This document shows, piece by piece, positions 34,629 through 43,047 of a stretch of DNA of 46,451 nt (its first letter is position 1; each line of letters begins with the position of its first letter). The translations under genes were made by a program, and so were the position numbers. Under the pieces are notes generated by a model that worked only from the letters and a program-made list of their open reading frames with translations, did no database searches and was not told where the DNA came from. This stretch comes from an uncultured Candidatus Saccharibacteria bacterium (lineage in GTDB: Bacteria; Patescibacteriota; Minisyncoccia; Phycocordibacterales; PALSA-1337), in assembly GCA_964637485.1 (NCBI GenBank), contig CAZWUU010000001.1, positions 1 through 46,451 of the forward strand, given 5' to 3'.

Positions 34629-36163
34629 ATATTTTTCTCTACCATTCTAAATGCCTCTATCTTGTCGCCGGCAGCGATTTCTGTTTTGGATTCGATCATT
34701 GTGCCAAATTCGTAGCCCTCTCTGATTTCACTGACGCGCTTCTTCTGTTGCTGAAGTTCTCTTAGAAGTCCTTCGCCGATTTTCGCATCTCTTCTCAATA
34801 TTCTTACATTCATGCCTGTCTCTATGAAGCCTTCTTGTACCTTGCCGCCTACGACTTGCTTATCTTTCTCTTTCGAGAAAACTGCCATCACTTTTGCTCG
34901 GCCTATGATTTGTTCGACGTACTCTTTCGGTACGAGTTTCAATAATTCTTCCTCAATGTGCTGTATCAGCTCGTATATTATGCGAAATGTCTTAATCTGC
35001 AATGGGACAGGTGATCGCTCTATGATAGCCGATGCCTTGGTGTCAGGTGTGACATTGAAACCGAAGAGACGTATGTTCGGATCCGATACCAGAAGTTTTA
35101 CATCGTTTTCTCCTATATCTCCTATTCCTTCAGAAACTATCTCGAGCTCAACTTTTTCGTGTTTTATTTTTGCTAGTTCGTGCCTTATGCCGTCGAGTGA
35201 TCCGATAACGTCCGCTTTTATTACTATTGGCAAAGAAACCTTCGCAGACTCTGCGTCACCCTTTGATTTTTTTGGCACACGCTCGGACATTTTCATTTTC
35301 GCATTTGAGGCATTCTTATCGCAGATTTGTTCTGCTTCTTTTTTCGATGAGACAGTGATAAATCTGCTACCGCATGGAGGAATTTCGTTCCAGCCGACTA
35401 TGACGACCGGCATCGACGCTTTTGCGGTTTCTATCTTCTTATTTGCGAAGTTCTCTATATATCTTACTGGCGCAAAAGCGCTACCTGCGACGACGAATGA
35501 GCCTTTGGAAAGACTTCCGTCCTTGATGAGTAGGGTAGCCGTTATACCCTTTTTCGTATCCATTTCTGATTCTATCACCACACCCTCGGCTGGCTTTGAC
35601 GTGCAGGTATTCAAATCGGACATTTCTCCTAAAAGCACGATCATGTCTAATAGATCGTTTACGCCCTTGCCGGTCAAGGCCGAAATAGAAACACAGGGTA
35701 TATCTCCGCCCCAACCTTCCACATATATTTCGTTCTCACCTAAAGATTGCTTGGTCCTATTTTCATCTGCATTTGGCTTGTCGATTTTGTTGATCGCGAC
35801 TATATAGGGAATTTTCGCTTCTTTGATCGATTTGTATGCTTCCATTGTTTGTGGCTTGACGCCATCTTCGGCGGATACAACCAAGATTGCAATATCGGCG
35901 GCCAAGGCACCCCTCTCTCTGATAGAGCAGAAGGCCTGATGCCCCGGAGTGTCCAAAAAAGTAAATGTGTGTTTCGTGCCATCGGCACTTACGTATTCTG
36001 CCTCGTAAGCCCCGACGTGTTGGGTGATGCCCCCGGCTTCATTTGCGACTACATTTGATTTACGTATGAAATCAAGCAGAGTAGATTTGCCATGATCTAT
36101 ATGCCCCATTACAACAATAACAGGGGATCGGCGAACCAGGTTTTGCTGGTCTTTTGTAGGCAT
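34625..36163 (-). CDS. infB: Translation initiation factor IF-2 (short form lacking the N-terminal region)
   Basis: VVMGHIDHGKSTLLD, DTPGHQAF and NKIDK G-domain motifs, with C-terminal IF-2 domains. Confidence 0.95.
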   Translation of the reverse strand: MPTKDQQNLVRRSPVIVVMGHIDHGKSTLLDFIRKSNVVANEAGGITQHVGAYEAEYVSADGTKHTFTFLDTPGHQAFCSIRERGALAADIAILVVSAEDGVKPQTMEAYKSIKEAKIPYIVAINKIDKPNADENRTKQSLGENEIYVEGWGGDIPCVSISALTGKGVNDLLDMIVLLGEMSDLNTCTSKPAEGVVIESEMDTKKGITATLLIKDGSLSKGSFVVAGSAFAPVRYIENFANKKIETAKASMPVVIVGWNEIPPCGSRFITVSSKKEAEQICDKNASNAKMKMSERVPKKSKGDAESAKVSLPIVIKADVIGSLDGIRHELAKIKHEKVELEIVSEGIGDIGENDVKLLVSDPNIRLFGFNVTPDTKASAIIERSPVPLQIKTFRIIYELIQHIEEELLKLVPKEYVEQIIGRAKVMAVFSKEKDKQVVGGKVQEGFIETGMNVRILRRDAKIGEGLLRELQQQKKRVSEIREGYEFGTMIESKTEIAAGDKIEAFRMVEKNI

Positions 36164-36175
36164 ATTAGTAGCCCC

Positions 36176-36184
36176 AATATAGCA
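36176..36184 (-). promoter_or_regulatory. Extended -10 promoter of infB
   Basis: Minus strand reads TGcTATATT, 12 nt upstream of ATG 36163. Confidence 0.45.
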
Positions 36185-36186
36185 TT

Positions 36187-36235
36187 ATTTGACAGTTTTG
36201 GAATGGTATTGACAGAATGTGCGATGATTTGACAG
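36187..36235. repeat. Three phased direct repeats (a/t)tTTGACAG with exact 20-bp spacing over the infB promoter
   Basis: TTGACAG occurs at 36189-36195, 36209-36215 and 36229-36235. Confidence 0.85.
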
Positions 36236-36256
36236 AACTAAATCAGAGTGTCCCTT

Positions 36257-36733
36257 TTATAATAATTTGATGGCTTCGTCGATACTCTTCTGTTCCTCCT
36301 CTGATAATTCATGAGTTGAGGTTTTGTTTTTTAGTGGTTTACCGAATACGCTCACGTGATCTCTCGAATATAGTGTGGAGATGACGACTCCGTCGCCCTC
36401 TTCATTAAGAAATGTCGTTGCAAAACTTTGACTTCCGCCTTCGCCGTTATTCTTCCAAGGATTGAATCTCACGGTATGAACAGACCGCAGGCTTTTTTTG
36501 AGGCGTCTTTCGACATCCTCCAAATATTTTTCTAGTTCATCCTTAAAGGATTTCAGTTCTTCGAGGTCTCCGGCAACTCGTGTCAACGAATCGGCTACAT
36601 TGTGTGCGTCCAAATGAACAAGAAATCTCTTTTGTTTACGATACATAGAGATGACCATGTAGGCCAAAATGAGGACCAGAACACTCAAAATAATGTTTAT
36701 GATCAGATTTATATCAGACAATATTATATTCAT
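36257..36733 (-). CDS. DUF4446-like membrane-anchored protein
   Basis: N-terminal TM helix, a coiled segment, then VRFNPWKNNGEGGSQSFATTFLNEEGDGVVISTLYSRD...LSEEE, which resembles the DUF4446 core. Confidence 0.6.
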   Translation of the reverse strand: MNIILSDINLIINIILSVLVLILAYMVISMYRKQKRFLVHLDAHNVADSLTRVAGDLEELKSFKDELEKYLEDVERRLKKSLRSVHTVRFNPWKNNGEGGSQSFATTFLNEEGDGVVISTLYSRDHVSVFGKPLKNKTSTHELSEEEQKSIDEAIKLL

Positions 36734-36739
36734 GAGACG

Positions 36740-36748
36740 ATTTTAGCA
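36740..36748 (-). promoter_or_regulatory. Extended -10 promoter of the DUF4446 gene (leaderless geometry)
   Basis: Minus strand reads TGcTAAAAT-cgtctc-ATG(36733). Confidence 0.5.
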
Positions 36749-36762
36749 TAAGTTAATGCATC

Positions 36763-36791
36763 TTGAATTATTTATCGCCATGCGTTAGATT
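36763..36791 (+). promoter_or_regulatory. Promoter of the small stand-alone unit
   Basis: TTGAAT-17 nt-TAGATT, 12 nt upstream of ATG 36804. Confidence 0.45.
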
Positions 36792-36803
36792 GCTACCTGG
36801 CCT

Positions 36804-37025
36804 ATGATCACAGTATTTCTGTATTGGGATCTGGCGTTTGCTCTTACGTGGATGTTTTGGATCATTCTGACCACATCCATTCTGTCGGCGGATTCTACAT
36901 TTCCTGAAGCAAAAAAGCGTGATTGCGTAACGTCTGTTGCACGTTTGATGCAGAAGGGGAAGCTGGCGTATGTTCAGAGGACATACCTTAGAATCCTTCT
37001 TATCGTTAACCCAAGACAACTTTGA
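36804..37025 (+). CDS. Candidate 73-aa single-pass membrane protein (alternatively a structured ncRNA)
   Basis: The ORF exactly fills the space between the promoter (36763-36791) and two hairpins plus a terminator (37024-37074). The N-terminus is hydrophobic (ITVFLYWDLAFALTWMFWIILTTSILS) and the tail is basic. I recognise no homology. Confidence 0.4.
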   Translation: MITVFLYWDLAFALTWMFWIILTTSILSADSTFPEAKKRDCVTSVARLMQKGKLAYVQRTYLRILLIVNPRQL

Positions 37026-37040
37026 AACCGAAGAGGTTTC

Positions 37041-37074
37041 GACCGCCTAGGCCAGCTGGGCGGTCTTTTTATTT
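37041..37074 (+). terminator. Strong intrinsic terminator
   Basis: gaccgcctag-gccag-ctgggcggtc (10 bp, one G-U pair) followed by TTTTTaTTT. It is preceded by the gaaacc-gaaga-ggtttc hairpin at 37024-37040. Confidence 0.8.
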
Positions 37075-37101
37075 GCCATGAATGGGAATGCATTATAGAT
37101 T
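37073..37101 (+). promoter_or_regulatory. Promoter of the cysteine desulfurase gene (leaderless geometry)
   Basis: TTGCCA-17 nt-TAGATT-6 nt-ATG 37108. Confidence 0.5.
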
Positions 37102-37107
37102 TATACT

Positions 37108-38280
37108 ATGAAGAGAGTATACCTAGATTATGCATCTATGACCCCGATAGATCCGAAGGTTCTTCGGATTATGAATAGGTATTATTCGAATGAATATGCC
37201 AATCCAAGCTCTCTGTATAAGGAGGGAGTGTCAGCCGGTGAAGCTTTGTCTTCTGCAAGAAAAGATGTGGCTAAATTACTCAATTCTCACATAAACGAAA
37301 TTTTTTTTACCTCAGGCGGAACGGAGTCCAATAATCTGGCTATTCAGGGCGTTATAAAAACATTTCAAGAAAAGACTGGCCGAAAGCCACACTTGATCAT
37401 ATCCAATATTGAGCATTCTTCGGTTATGGAAGTCGCAAAGAAATTGGAAAGTGAAGGTGTCGAGCTTACAATAATAAATGTAAACGAAAAAGGTGTAGTA
37501 AACGTTGAAGATATTAGAAAAAATATAAAAGATAATACTGCGCTGGTTTCTGTCATGACAGTGAATAATGAAATAGGAACAATCATGCCGATCAAGGAAA
37601 TAGCAAAAGTGGTGCGATATGCTCGGACCAACGTTACAAAAACAGAGTTTCCTCTACTCCACACTGACGCATCTCAAGCTATGACAATGCTCGATATAAA
37701 GACCAATGAACTCGGAGCAGATCTTATGACTATAGATGGAACGAAAGTTTATGGTCCTCGTGGTGTGGGGTTGTTATACAAGAGGTTGCGTCTAGATATA
37801 AGACCGATATTGTTTGGCGGAGGACAGGAGTCCCATATGCGCCCGGGCACGGAGAATATTCCTGGAATTGTCGGCCTCGTTGAGGCTCTCAGATTGTGTG
37901 ATGCGGAAAGAACATCTGAAAGAGCGAGACAATATCAGCTTAAAAAGGATCTTTATGAAGGCCTTAGAAGTGTTTCTAGGGAAATAGCTTTAAATCCCAG
38001 ATCTCTCGATATAGATGATCCGATAATCGTGCCACACATACTAAACGTACAGATTCCTGGCATTGATAATGAATTTTTTGTTTTACAAATGGACGTTGCC
38101 GGTTTCGCCATTTCCACAAAAAGCTCTTGTTTGCACGATGAGGACGAGTCTTATGTCATAAGGGCTGTTGGCGGAGATAGTAATATTTCAGTAAGAATGT
38201 CGGTGGGGCGATATACGAAAAAGTCTGATATAAAGAGGTTTATCAAGGCTGTCGAACGAGTCTTAAGCCCGGATTTATAG
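37108..38280 (+). CDS. Cysteine desulfurase (class V aminotransferase, NifS/IscS-like)
   Basis: SGGTESNNLAI, HTDASQA, PLP-Lys region DGTKVYGPRGVG and a C-terminal STKSSC catalytic-Cys loop. Confidence 0.85.
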   Translation: MKRVYLDYASMTPIDPKVLRIMNRYYSNEYANPSSLYKEGVSAGEALSSARKDVAKLLNSHINEIFFTSGGTESNNLAIQGVIKTFQEKTGRKPHLIISNIEHSSVMEVAKKLESEGVELTIINVNEKGVVNVEDIRKNIKDNTALVSVMTVNNEIGTIMPIKEIAKVVRYARTNVTKTEFPLLHTDASQAMTMLDIKTNELGADLMTIDGTKVYGPRGVGLLYKRLRLDIRPILFGGGQESHMRPGTENIPGIVGLVEALRLCDAERTSERARQYQLKKDLYEGLRSVSREIALNPRSLDIDDPIIVPHILNVQIPGIDNEFFVLQMDVAGFAISTKSSCLHDEDESYVIRAVGGDSNISVRMSVGRYTKKSDIKRFIKAVERVLSPDL

Positions 38281-38338
38281 GCATGAATTTCCTTTACGCG
38301 ACGATTTGCCTTTGTTTAGGTGACTAAATGAAGCCCGG

Positions 38339-38367
38339 TTGACTCATTGGGATGATTTTGGTAAGTT
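38339..38367 (+). promoter_or_regulatory. Candidate rpsB promoter
   Basis: TTGACT-17 nt-TAAGTT, 11 nt upstream of ATG 38379. Confidence 0.4.
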
Positions 38368-38378
38368 TAGTTCCTAAT

Positions 38379-39083
38379 ATGTCAACAATATCCAAGTCTG
38401 TAGAAACGATGTTTGGGGCGGGTGCCCATTTTGGTTTGGACCGTTCCCGTAGACATCCTTCAGTAAAATCCTATATTTTCGGCACAAAAAACAGGACCGA
38501 CATCATCGACCTTGAGAAAACTATCAAGATGCTAGATGAGGCCAAACAGTATGTGTCTGATCTCGCAAAAGACGGCAAGATCATTCTGTTTGTAGGAGGT
38601 AAAAAGGAAGCTTCTGCCACTGTAAAATCAGCCGCGCAATCCCTGGGCATGCCTCATGTCGAAGGACGTTGGATAGGTGGAACTATCACAAATTTTGGCC
38701 AGACCAGGAAACGTGTAGAAAGATATGAGAAGCTTGTATCTGACAAAGAAAAAGGTGAACTCGCAAAATATACCAAGCGTGAACGAATGCTCATCGATAA
38801 AGAGATTGCTTCGCTCGAAAAGATGTTTTTGGGCATTGTATCCTTGAAAAAGATGCCGGATGCTATATTTATAGTTGATCCAAGAAGGGAAAAGAATGCA
38901 ATTGCGGAGGCCAAGCATGGTAAAATACCTGTGATTGCTCTGGCAGGATCAGATTGTGATATAAAAGGCATAGCTTATCCTATTGTCGCTAACGATTCAG
39001 CCAAATCAAGCATAAAGTATTTCCTGGATCAGATAGTTCTCGCCTATGAGAATGGCAAAAAACTCTCGAAGGAGAGCAAGTAA
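38379..39083 (+). CDS. rpsB: 30S ribosomal protein S2
   Basis: MFGAGAHFGLDRSRRHPSVKSYIFG and ...FIVDPRREKNAIAEA. The start is trimmed from 38352. Confidence 0.95.
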   Translation: MSTISKSVETMFGAGAHFGLDRSRRHPSVKSYIFGTKNRTDIIDLEKTIKMLDEAKQYVSDLAKDGKIILFVGGKKEASATVKSAAQSLGMPHVEGRWIGGTITNFGQTRKRVERYEKLVSDKEKGELAKYTKRERMLIDKEIASLEKMFLGIVSLKKMPDAIFIVDPRREKNAIAEAKHGKIPVIALAGSDCDIKGIAYPIVANDSAKSSIKYFLDQIVLAYENGKKLSKESK

Positions 39084-39155
39084 TTTCACATGATTTCGCC
39101 TATTACTCTCTGGTTGCATAAAAACCAAGGTAACAAACAAGAAAATAATAAAACC

Positions 39156-39767
39156 ATGACAAAAGAATCAAACACAAAAGCTATTTCTACTGAGCAAGTA
39201 AAGGAGCTACGAGATCAGACGGGGATTTCTGTTATGCAGTGCAAAAAGGCATTGGAAGAGGCGGGCGGCAGTATGGAAAAAGCTTTGGTTATATTGCGCA
39301 AGCTATCCAGTGGTATAGCAGCCAAGAAAAGTGACAGAACGTTTAAGTCTGGAGCGATAGCTTCATATGTACATGCCAACGGTTCCGTAGGAACGATGAT
39401 AGAGCTCAATTGCGAAACTGATTTTGTTGCCAACAATGAAGAATTTAAAACCCTGGCTAGAGATATCGCTATGCATATTACTGCCACAAATCCCAAGTTT
39501 CTGAAAAAAGAGGACATAACCGAAGCCGATAAGAAGGTGGCCATGGAAGTATTCGAGGCTGAGGTGAAGGATAAGCCAGAAGCAGTCAGATCAAAAATAT
39601 TGGAAGGCAAACTCGCCAGCTATTTTGCAGAAATGGTATTGCTCGATCAGCCGTTCATTAAAAATCCTGATGTTACTATTCAGGGACTTTTGGATGCGGC
39701 TATGCAGAAATTCGGTGAGAAGACAGCTATAGGCAGATACACTAGGTTCAAGATATTGGAACGATAG
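39156..39767 (+). CDS. tsf: Elongation factor Ts (short form)
   Basis: UBA-like VKELRDQTGISVMQCKKALEEAGG and ELNCETDFVA. The start is trimmed to MTKESNTK. Confidence 0.92.
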   Translation: MTKESNTKAISTEQVKELRDQTGISVMQCKKALEEAGGSMEKALVILRKLSSGIAAKKSDRTFKSGAIASYVHANGSVGTMIELNCETDFVANNEEFKTLARDIAMHITATNPKFLKKEDITEADKKVAMEVFEAEVKDKPEAVRSKILEGKLASYFAEMVLLDQPFIKNPDVTIQGLLDAAMQKFGEKTAIGRYTRFKILER

Positions 39768-39775
39768 GTTTGTCT

Positions 39776-40162
39776 ATGATTACACTCATAACAATTTTCT
39801 ACATCTCTCTCATTTGCATGATACTCATGCTTCTCATGAAGCGTCGTGAAATAATGACGGGTAAACAAAGCATCTTTTCTAAGATCGGTGCAAATTCTGA
39901 TCACATATTTAATTCTGTTTATATGAAAGCTCGAAACATTCTTTCATACGTGAATAAACATACATTTGTCGCCCTGGCGAACTGGATCGCCTACCACATA
40001 CTCCTCAGGGTCAGAAAAATATATGTCGAGATCAAGTCTAAATTCTTGGAAAACCCTCATGGCAAGAAGCTCATAGATGCTGTTCGTGGTAGAGGTGATG
40101 TGAAGAACCATGGTGCGTCATTTTATCTGCGCAGGATTTCCAATAATCAGATACAAAAATAG
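39776..40162 (+). CDS. Hypothetical membrane-anchored protein
   Basis: N-terminal TM helix MITLITIFYISLICMILMLL. I recognise no motif. It directly follows tsf. Confidence 0.45.
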   Translation: MITLITIFYISLICMILMLLMKRREIMTGKQSIFSKIGANSDHIFNSVYMKARNILSYVNKHTFVALANWIAYHILLRVRKIYVEIKSKFLENPHGKKLIDAVRGRGDVKNHGASFYLRRISNNQIQK

Positions 40163-40201
40163 TTTACTATTTGCTCGGTTTGTTCTAAAGTATTGTCTAT
40201 T

Positions 40202-40274
40202 GCCACCTTAGCTCAGTTGGTAGAGCAACGCTTTTGTAAAGCGAAGGTCCCCGGTTCAAGCCCGGGAGGTGGCT
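40202..40274 (+). tRNA. tRNA-Thr (UGU)
   Basis: Hand-folded: acceptor GCCACCU/AGGUGGC, D arm GCUC..GAGC, anticodon loop UUUGUAA, T arm CCCGG-UUCAAGC-CCGGG. CCA is not encoded. Confidence 0.9.
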
Positions 40275-40280
40275 CAGAAA

Positions 40281-40309
40281 GTTACATAATCTGATATTTT
40301 TGCTATATT
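40281..40309 (+). promoter_or_regulatory. Promoter of pheST (extended -10, leaderless geometry)
   Basis: GTTACA-17 nt-(TGc)TATATT-6 nt-ATG 40316. Confidence 0.5.
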
Positions 40310-40315
40310 TAGCCC

Positions 40316-41047
40316 ATGAACGAAATGCAAAAAGGGCATCTTCATCCGATCACGCAAACAATTCGTGAAATATACTCAGTTTTTCAGGAAATGGGTTTTG
40401 AAATAGCTCTAGGTCCCGAGTTGGAATATGAGTATTACAATTTCGACGCCTTGAATATTCCCGCAAATCATCCTTCTAGAGATATGCAGGATACATTCTG
40501 GATAAAGGAAAAGCCAGCCAATATCAAAAACGCAAGCGGTCATCTTTTGGGCAGAAGACTGCTCACGACCCAGACTTCTGCGGTTCAGATCAGGTATATG
40601 GAGACACATAAACCGCCGTTTCGAACTCTTGTTCCCGGTAAGGTTTTTAGAAATGAAGCTACCGATTCCACTCACGAGGCGCAGTTTTTCCAATTAGAAG
40701 GTCTCATGGTAGATAAGAATGTCTCTATGGCTCATCTTAAGGGGACATTAGAGCACGCCTTCAAGAAACTATTCGGTCAGAATAGCGAGGTCAGATTTCG
40801 GCCAAGTTATTTTCCATTCGTAGAGCCTGGTGTAGAGGTGGATGTTAAATGGAAAGATAGATGGCTGGAAGTTCTGGGAGCTGGCCTAGTTCATGCGCAT
40901 GTGCTTCGAGCGGGTGGAATAGATCCAGATGAATGGCAGGGTTTCGCATTTGCTTTCGGAATAGATCGCATCGTTATGCTGAAACACGGCATAGACGATA
41001 TTCGTTGGTTGTACGGTGGTGACCTACGCTTTGTAAATCAATTCTAA
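40316..41047 (+). CDS. pheS: Phenylalanine--tRNA ligase alpha subunit (short form)
   Basis: HPSRDMQDTFW, FRNE, FPFVEPG, GAGLVH and AFGIDRI class II motifs. Confidence 0.95.
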   Translation: MNEMQKGHLHPITQTIREIYSVFQEMGFEIALGPELEYEYYNFDALNIPANHPSRDMQDTFWIKEKPANIKNASGHLLGRRLLTTQTSAVQIRYMETHKPPFRTLVPGKVFRNEATDSTHEAQFFQLEGLMVDKNVSMAHLKGTLEHAFKKLFGQNSEVRFRPSYFPFVEPGVEVDVKWKDRWLEVLGAGLVHAHVLRAGGIDPDEWQGFAFAFGIDRIVMLKHGIDDIRWLYGGDLRFVNQF

Positions 41048-41048
41048 T

Positions 41049-42995
41049 ATGAAAATATCCCGAAATTGGCTCCAAAAATATTTCGATCAAGATATTCCAG
41101 AGGCTAGCGATCTGGAAAAGCTTTTCACCTTCCACTCATTTGAGGTAGAAGCGGTGGAAAAGGTTGGAGAGGATAGTGTCATGGGCGTGAAGGTCTTACC
41201 GGATCGAGCACATTACTGTCTTTCACATCGAGGTATAGCCGGAGAAGTGTCCGTTTTGACAGGAATGAAAATCAGGCAAAATCTCGAAGGAGAAATGAAA
41301 GCAGATTCATCAGATTTGCCCGATGTCGTTAATAAATCCCCGGAATTTTGTCGCAGATACATGGCGCGATATGTAGATTTGGGCGTAATCACTGCCACAG
41401 ACGCTAATATACAAAATATGCTTGTTTCTATCGGAGAGCGATCGATACATCCGATTGTAGACGCTACCAACTATACGATGTTCGATCTGGGGCAACCTCT
41501 GCATGCATTCGATGCAGAAAAGATCTCGGGGACAATTACCATCCGAAATGCTAAACGTGGAGAAAAAATATCATTACTCGATTCTTCGACAGGACCAGGT
41601 CAGGAAGTGGAGCTATTGGAAACAGATCATGTTATCGCAGATGAAGATGGTCCTATCGCCATTGCGGGCGTTAAGGGTGGAAAAAGGGCCGGAGTGACTG
41701 GTTCAACGAAAAGGATTATCCTGGAATCGGCAAATTTTGATCCTGCATCGATTCGAAAGACTGCGACGCGCCTCGGTCTACGCAGTGAGTCGTCCAAACG
41801 CTATGAAAATGAAATCACTCCTGAATTGACAGGTGACGGTATGAATGAAGTCAGTTCGATCATAAAGAAACAGTTCGAAAACGCTAAATTTGGACCCATT
41901 CTAGATCACTATCATTCTCCGGTAAAAAAACAGATTATTACTGTGGATCCGAAATATATAAATGATCGGCTCGGAATAAATGTACCGACAGTTCGGATGA
42001 AGGAGATACTTGAGAGTATGGGTGTTACCGTAATGGACGATAGTGGGGAATGGAAATTGGAAATTCCGCATGACAGGTTTGATCTTAGAATAAAGGAAGA
42101 TGTGGTAGAGGAGGTCGGGCGCGTTTACGGGTACGATCACATAGAGGGGACATTGCATACCGACAATTCAGCCAAGGTAAATGTTCTTCCAGCTTTCTAT
42201 CTGACAGAAAAAATAAAAAACATTTTGAAGGACAGATCCTGGAGTGAAGTTTGTCTCTATACTCTGGTAAAAAGTGGCGATATAGAAACCGCATACCCTC
42301 TGGCAAAGGATAAGGCCTTTGTGAGGAGTAATCTCAAGACTTCAATGGAAGAATGTCTGACAAAAAATATTTTGAACGCGGATTTACTGGGACTTCAGGC
42401 GATAAAAACATTTGAAATCGGGCATGTTTTTACTAAGGAACATGAAAAAGTGTCTCTGTGTATGGGCTTGTCGCAAATAAAGAAGATGAAAGGCAAAACA
42501 TCTCAAATTATTTTGGAAGAGGAAATCAAAGGTCTTTTTGAAAATCTTGGCGCAACAGTTCCTGCCAATTTTAAAGCTGAAAACAAAGGCAATATGTCGA
42601 TTATAGAAATTGATCATACCGATTTTATGACTAATTACTGCTTGCCTAAAGATGCTGAGTATAAAGATCTATGTTTCGGACCTGCGAGTTCTAGCAAGTT
42701 CGAAAAAATATCTCCATATCCGTTTATCGTGAGGGATATCGCCGTTTTTTCTCCAAGTAATATTTCTGCACAGGAGGTGTGGAGCGTTATTGAGTCTTCA
42801 CTAATAAAAAATAGACATGACGCACTTCTCAGGAGGCATTCTCACTTCGATACTTATACCAAGGACGATAAGGTGTCGAATGCATTTCGATTAGTTTTCC
42901 AATCCATGGATAAAACACTTACAGATCAGGAGGCCAATAGTATCATGGACATTATATACGAATATATAAAAGCGAAGGGTTGGGAAGTCAGATAA
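41049..42995 (+). CDS. pheT: Phenylalanine--tRNA ligase beta subunit (short form)
   Basis: MKISRNWLQKYF N-terminus, B3/4 and B5 regions and a C-terminal FDX-ACB-like domain. It starts 1 nt after pheS. Confidence 0.92.
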   Translation: MKISRNWLQKYFDQDIPEASDLEKLFTFHSFEVEAVEKVGEDSVMGVKVLPDRAHYCLSHRGIAGEVSVLTGMKIRQNLEGEMKADSSDLPDVVNKSPEFCRRYMARYVDLGVITATDANIQNMLVSIGERSIHPIVDATNYTMFDLGQPLHAFDAEKISGTITIRNAKRGEKISLLDSSTGPGQEVELLETDHVIADEDGPIAIAGVKGGKRAGVTGSTKRIILESANFDPASIRKTATRLGLRSESSKRYENEITPELTGDGMNEVSSIIKKQFENAKFGPILDHYHSPVKKQIITVDPKYINDRLGINVPTVRMKEILESMGVTVMDDSGEWKLEIPHDRFDLRIKEDVVEEVGRVYGYDHIEGTLHTDNSAKVNVLPAFYLTEKIKNILKDRSWSEVCLYTLVKSGDIETAYPLAKDKAFVRSNLKTSMEECLTKNILNADLLGLQAIKTFEIGHVFTKEHEKVSLCMGLSQIKKMKGKTSQIILEEEIKGLFENLGATVPANFKAENKGNMSIIEIDHTDFMTNYCLPKDAEYKDLCFGPASSSKFEKISPYPFIVRDIAVFSPSNISAQEVWSVIESSLIKNRHDALLRRHSHFDTYTKDDKVSNAFRLVFQSMDKTLTDQEANSIMDIIYEYIKAKGWEVR

Positions 42996-43029
42996 AAAAA
43001 TCGACGCCCACCGAATAGATGAGCGTCGA
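42994..43029 (-). terminator. Intrinsic terminator for the small minus-strand ORF (also closes pheT)
   Basis: tcgacgc...gcgtcga 7-bp stem, followed by TTTTTTT on the minus strand. Confidence 0.5.
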
Positions 43030-43047
43030 GCTAAAAAGTTTCCATGG

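Noticed and set aside
34812-35807. 331-aa plus-strand ORF, the longest non-annotated ORF in the track
   Set aside because: It lies entirely antisense to infB, whose IF-2 identity is unambiguous. Its product is Ser/Phe/Ile-rich low-complexity sequence with no motif, so it is a shadow ORF.
36768-37019. 83-aa minus-strand ORF opposite the small stand-alone unit
   Set aside because: No promoter or start context is present. The Cys/Arg/Lys-rich composition is implausible for a real protein. The promoter and terminator in this region are oriented for the plus strand.
36790-37075. Possible RNase P RNA, SRP RNA, tmRNA or T-box leader
   Set aside because: Short resemblances exist: GTGCAACAGA and GTAAGAGC on the minus strand, and GGAAGC on the plus strand. 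The universal signatures are absent. These are GGAAAGUCC (RNase P CR-I), the GNRA-capped helix 8 with AGCA/GGAA loops (SRP), a tRNA-like acceptor/T-arm (tmRNA) and the UGGNACC T-box. The downstream gene also has its own promoter after the terminator, which rules out a riboswitch leader. A covariance-model scan is still needed.
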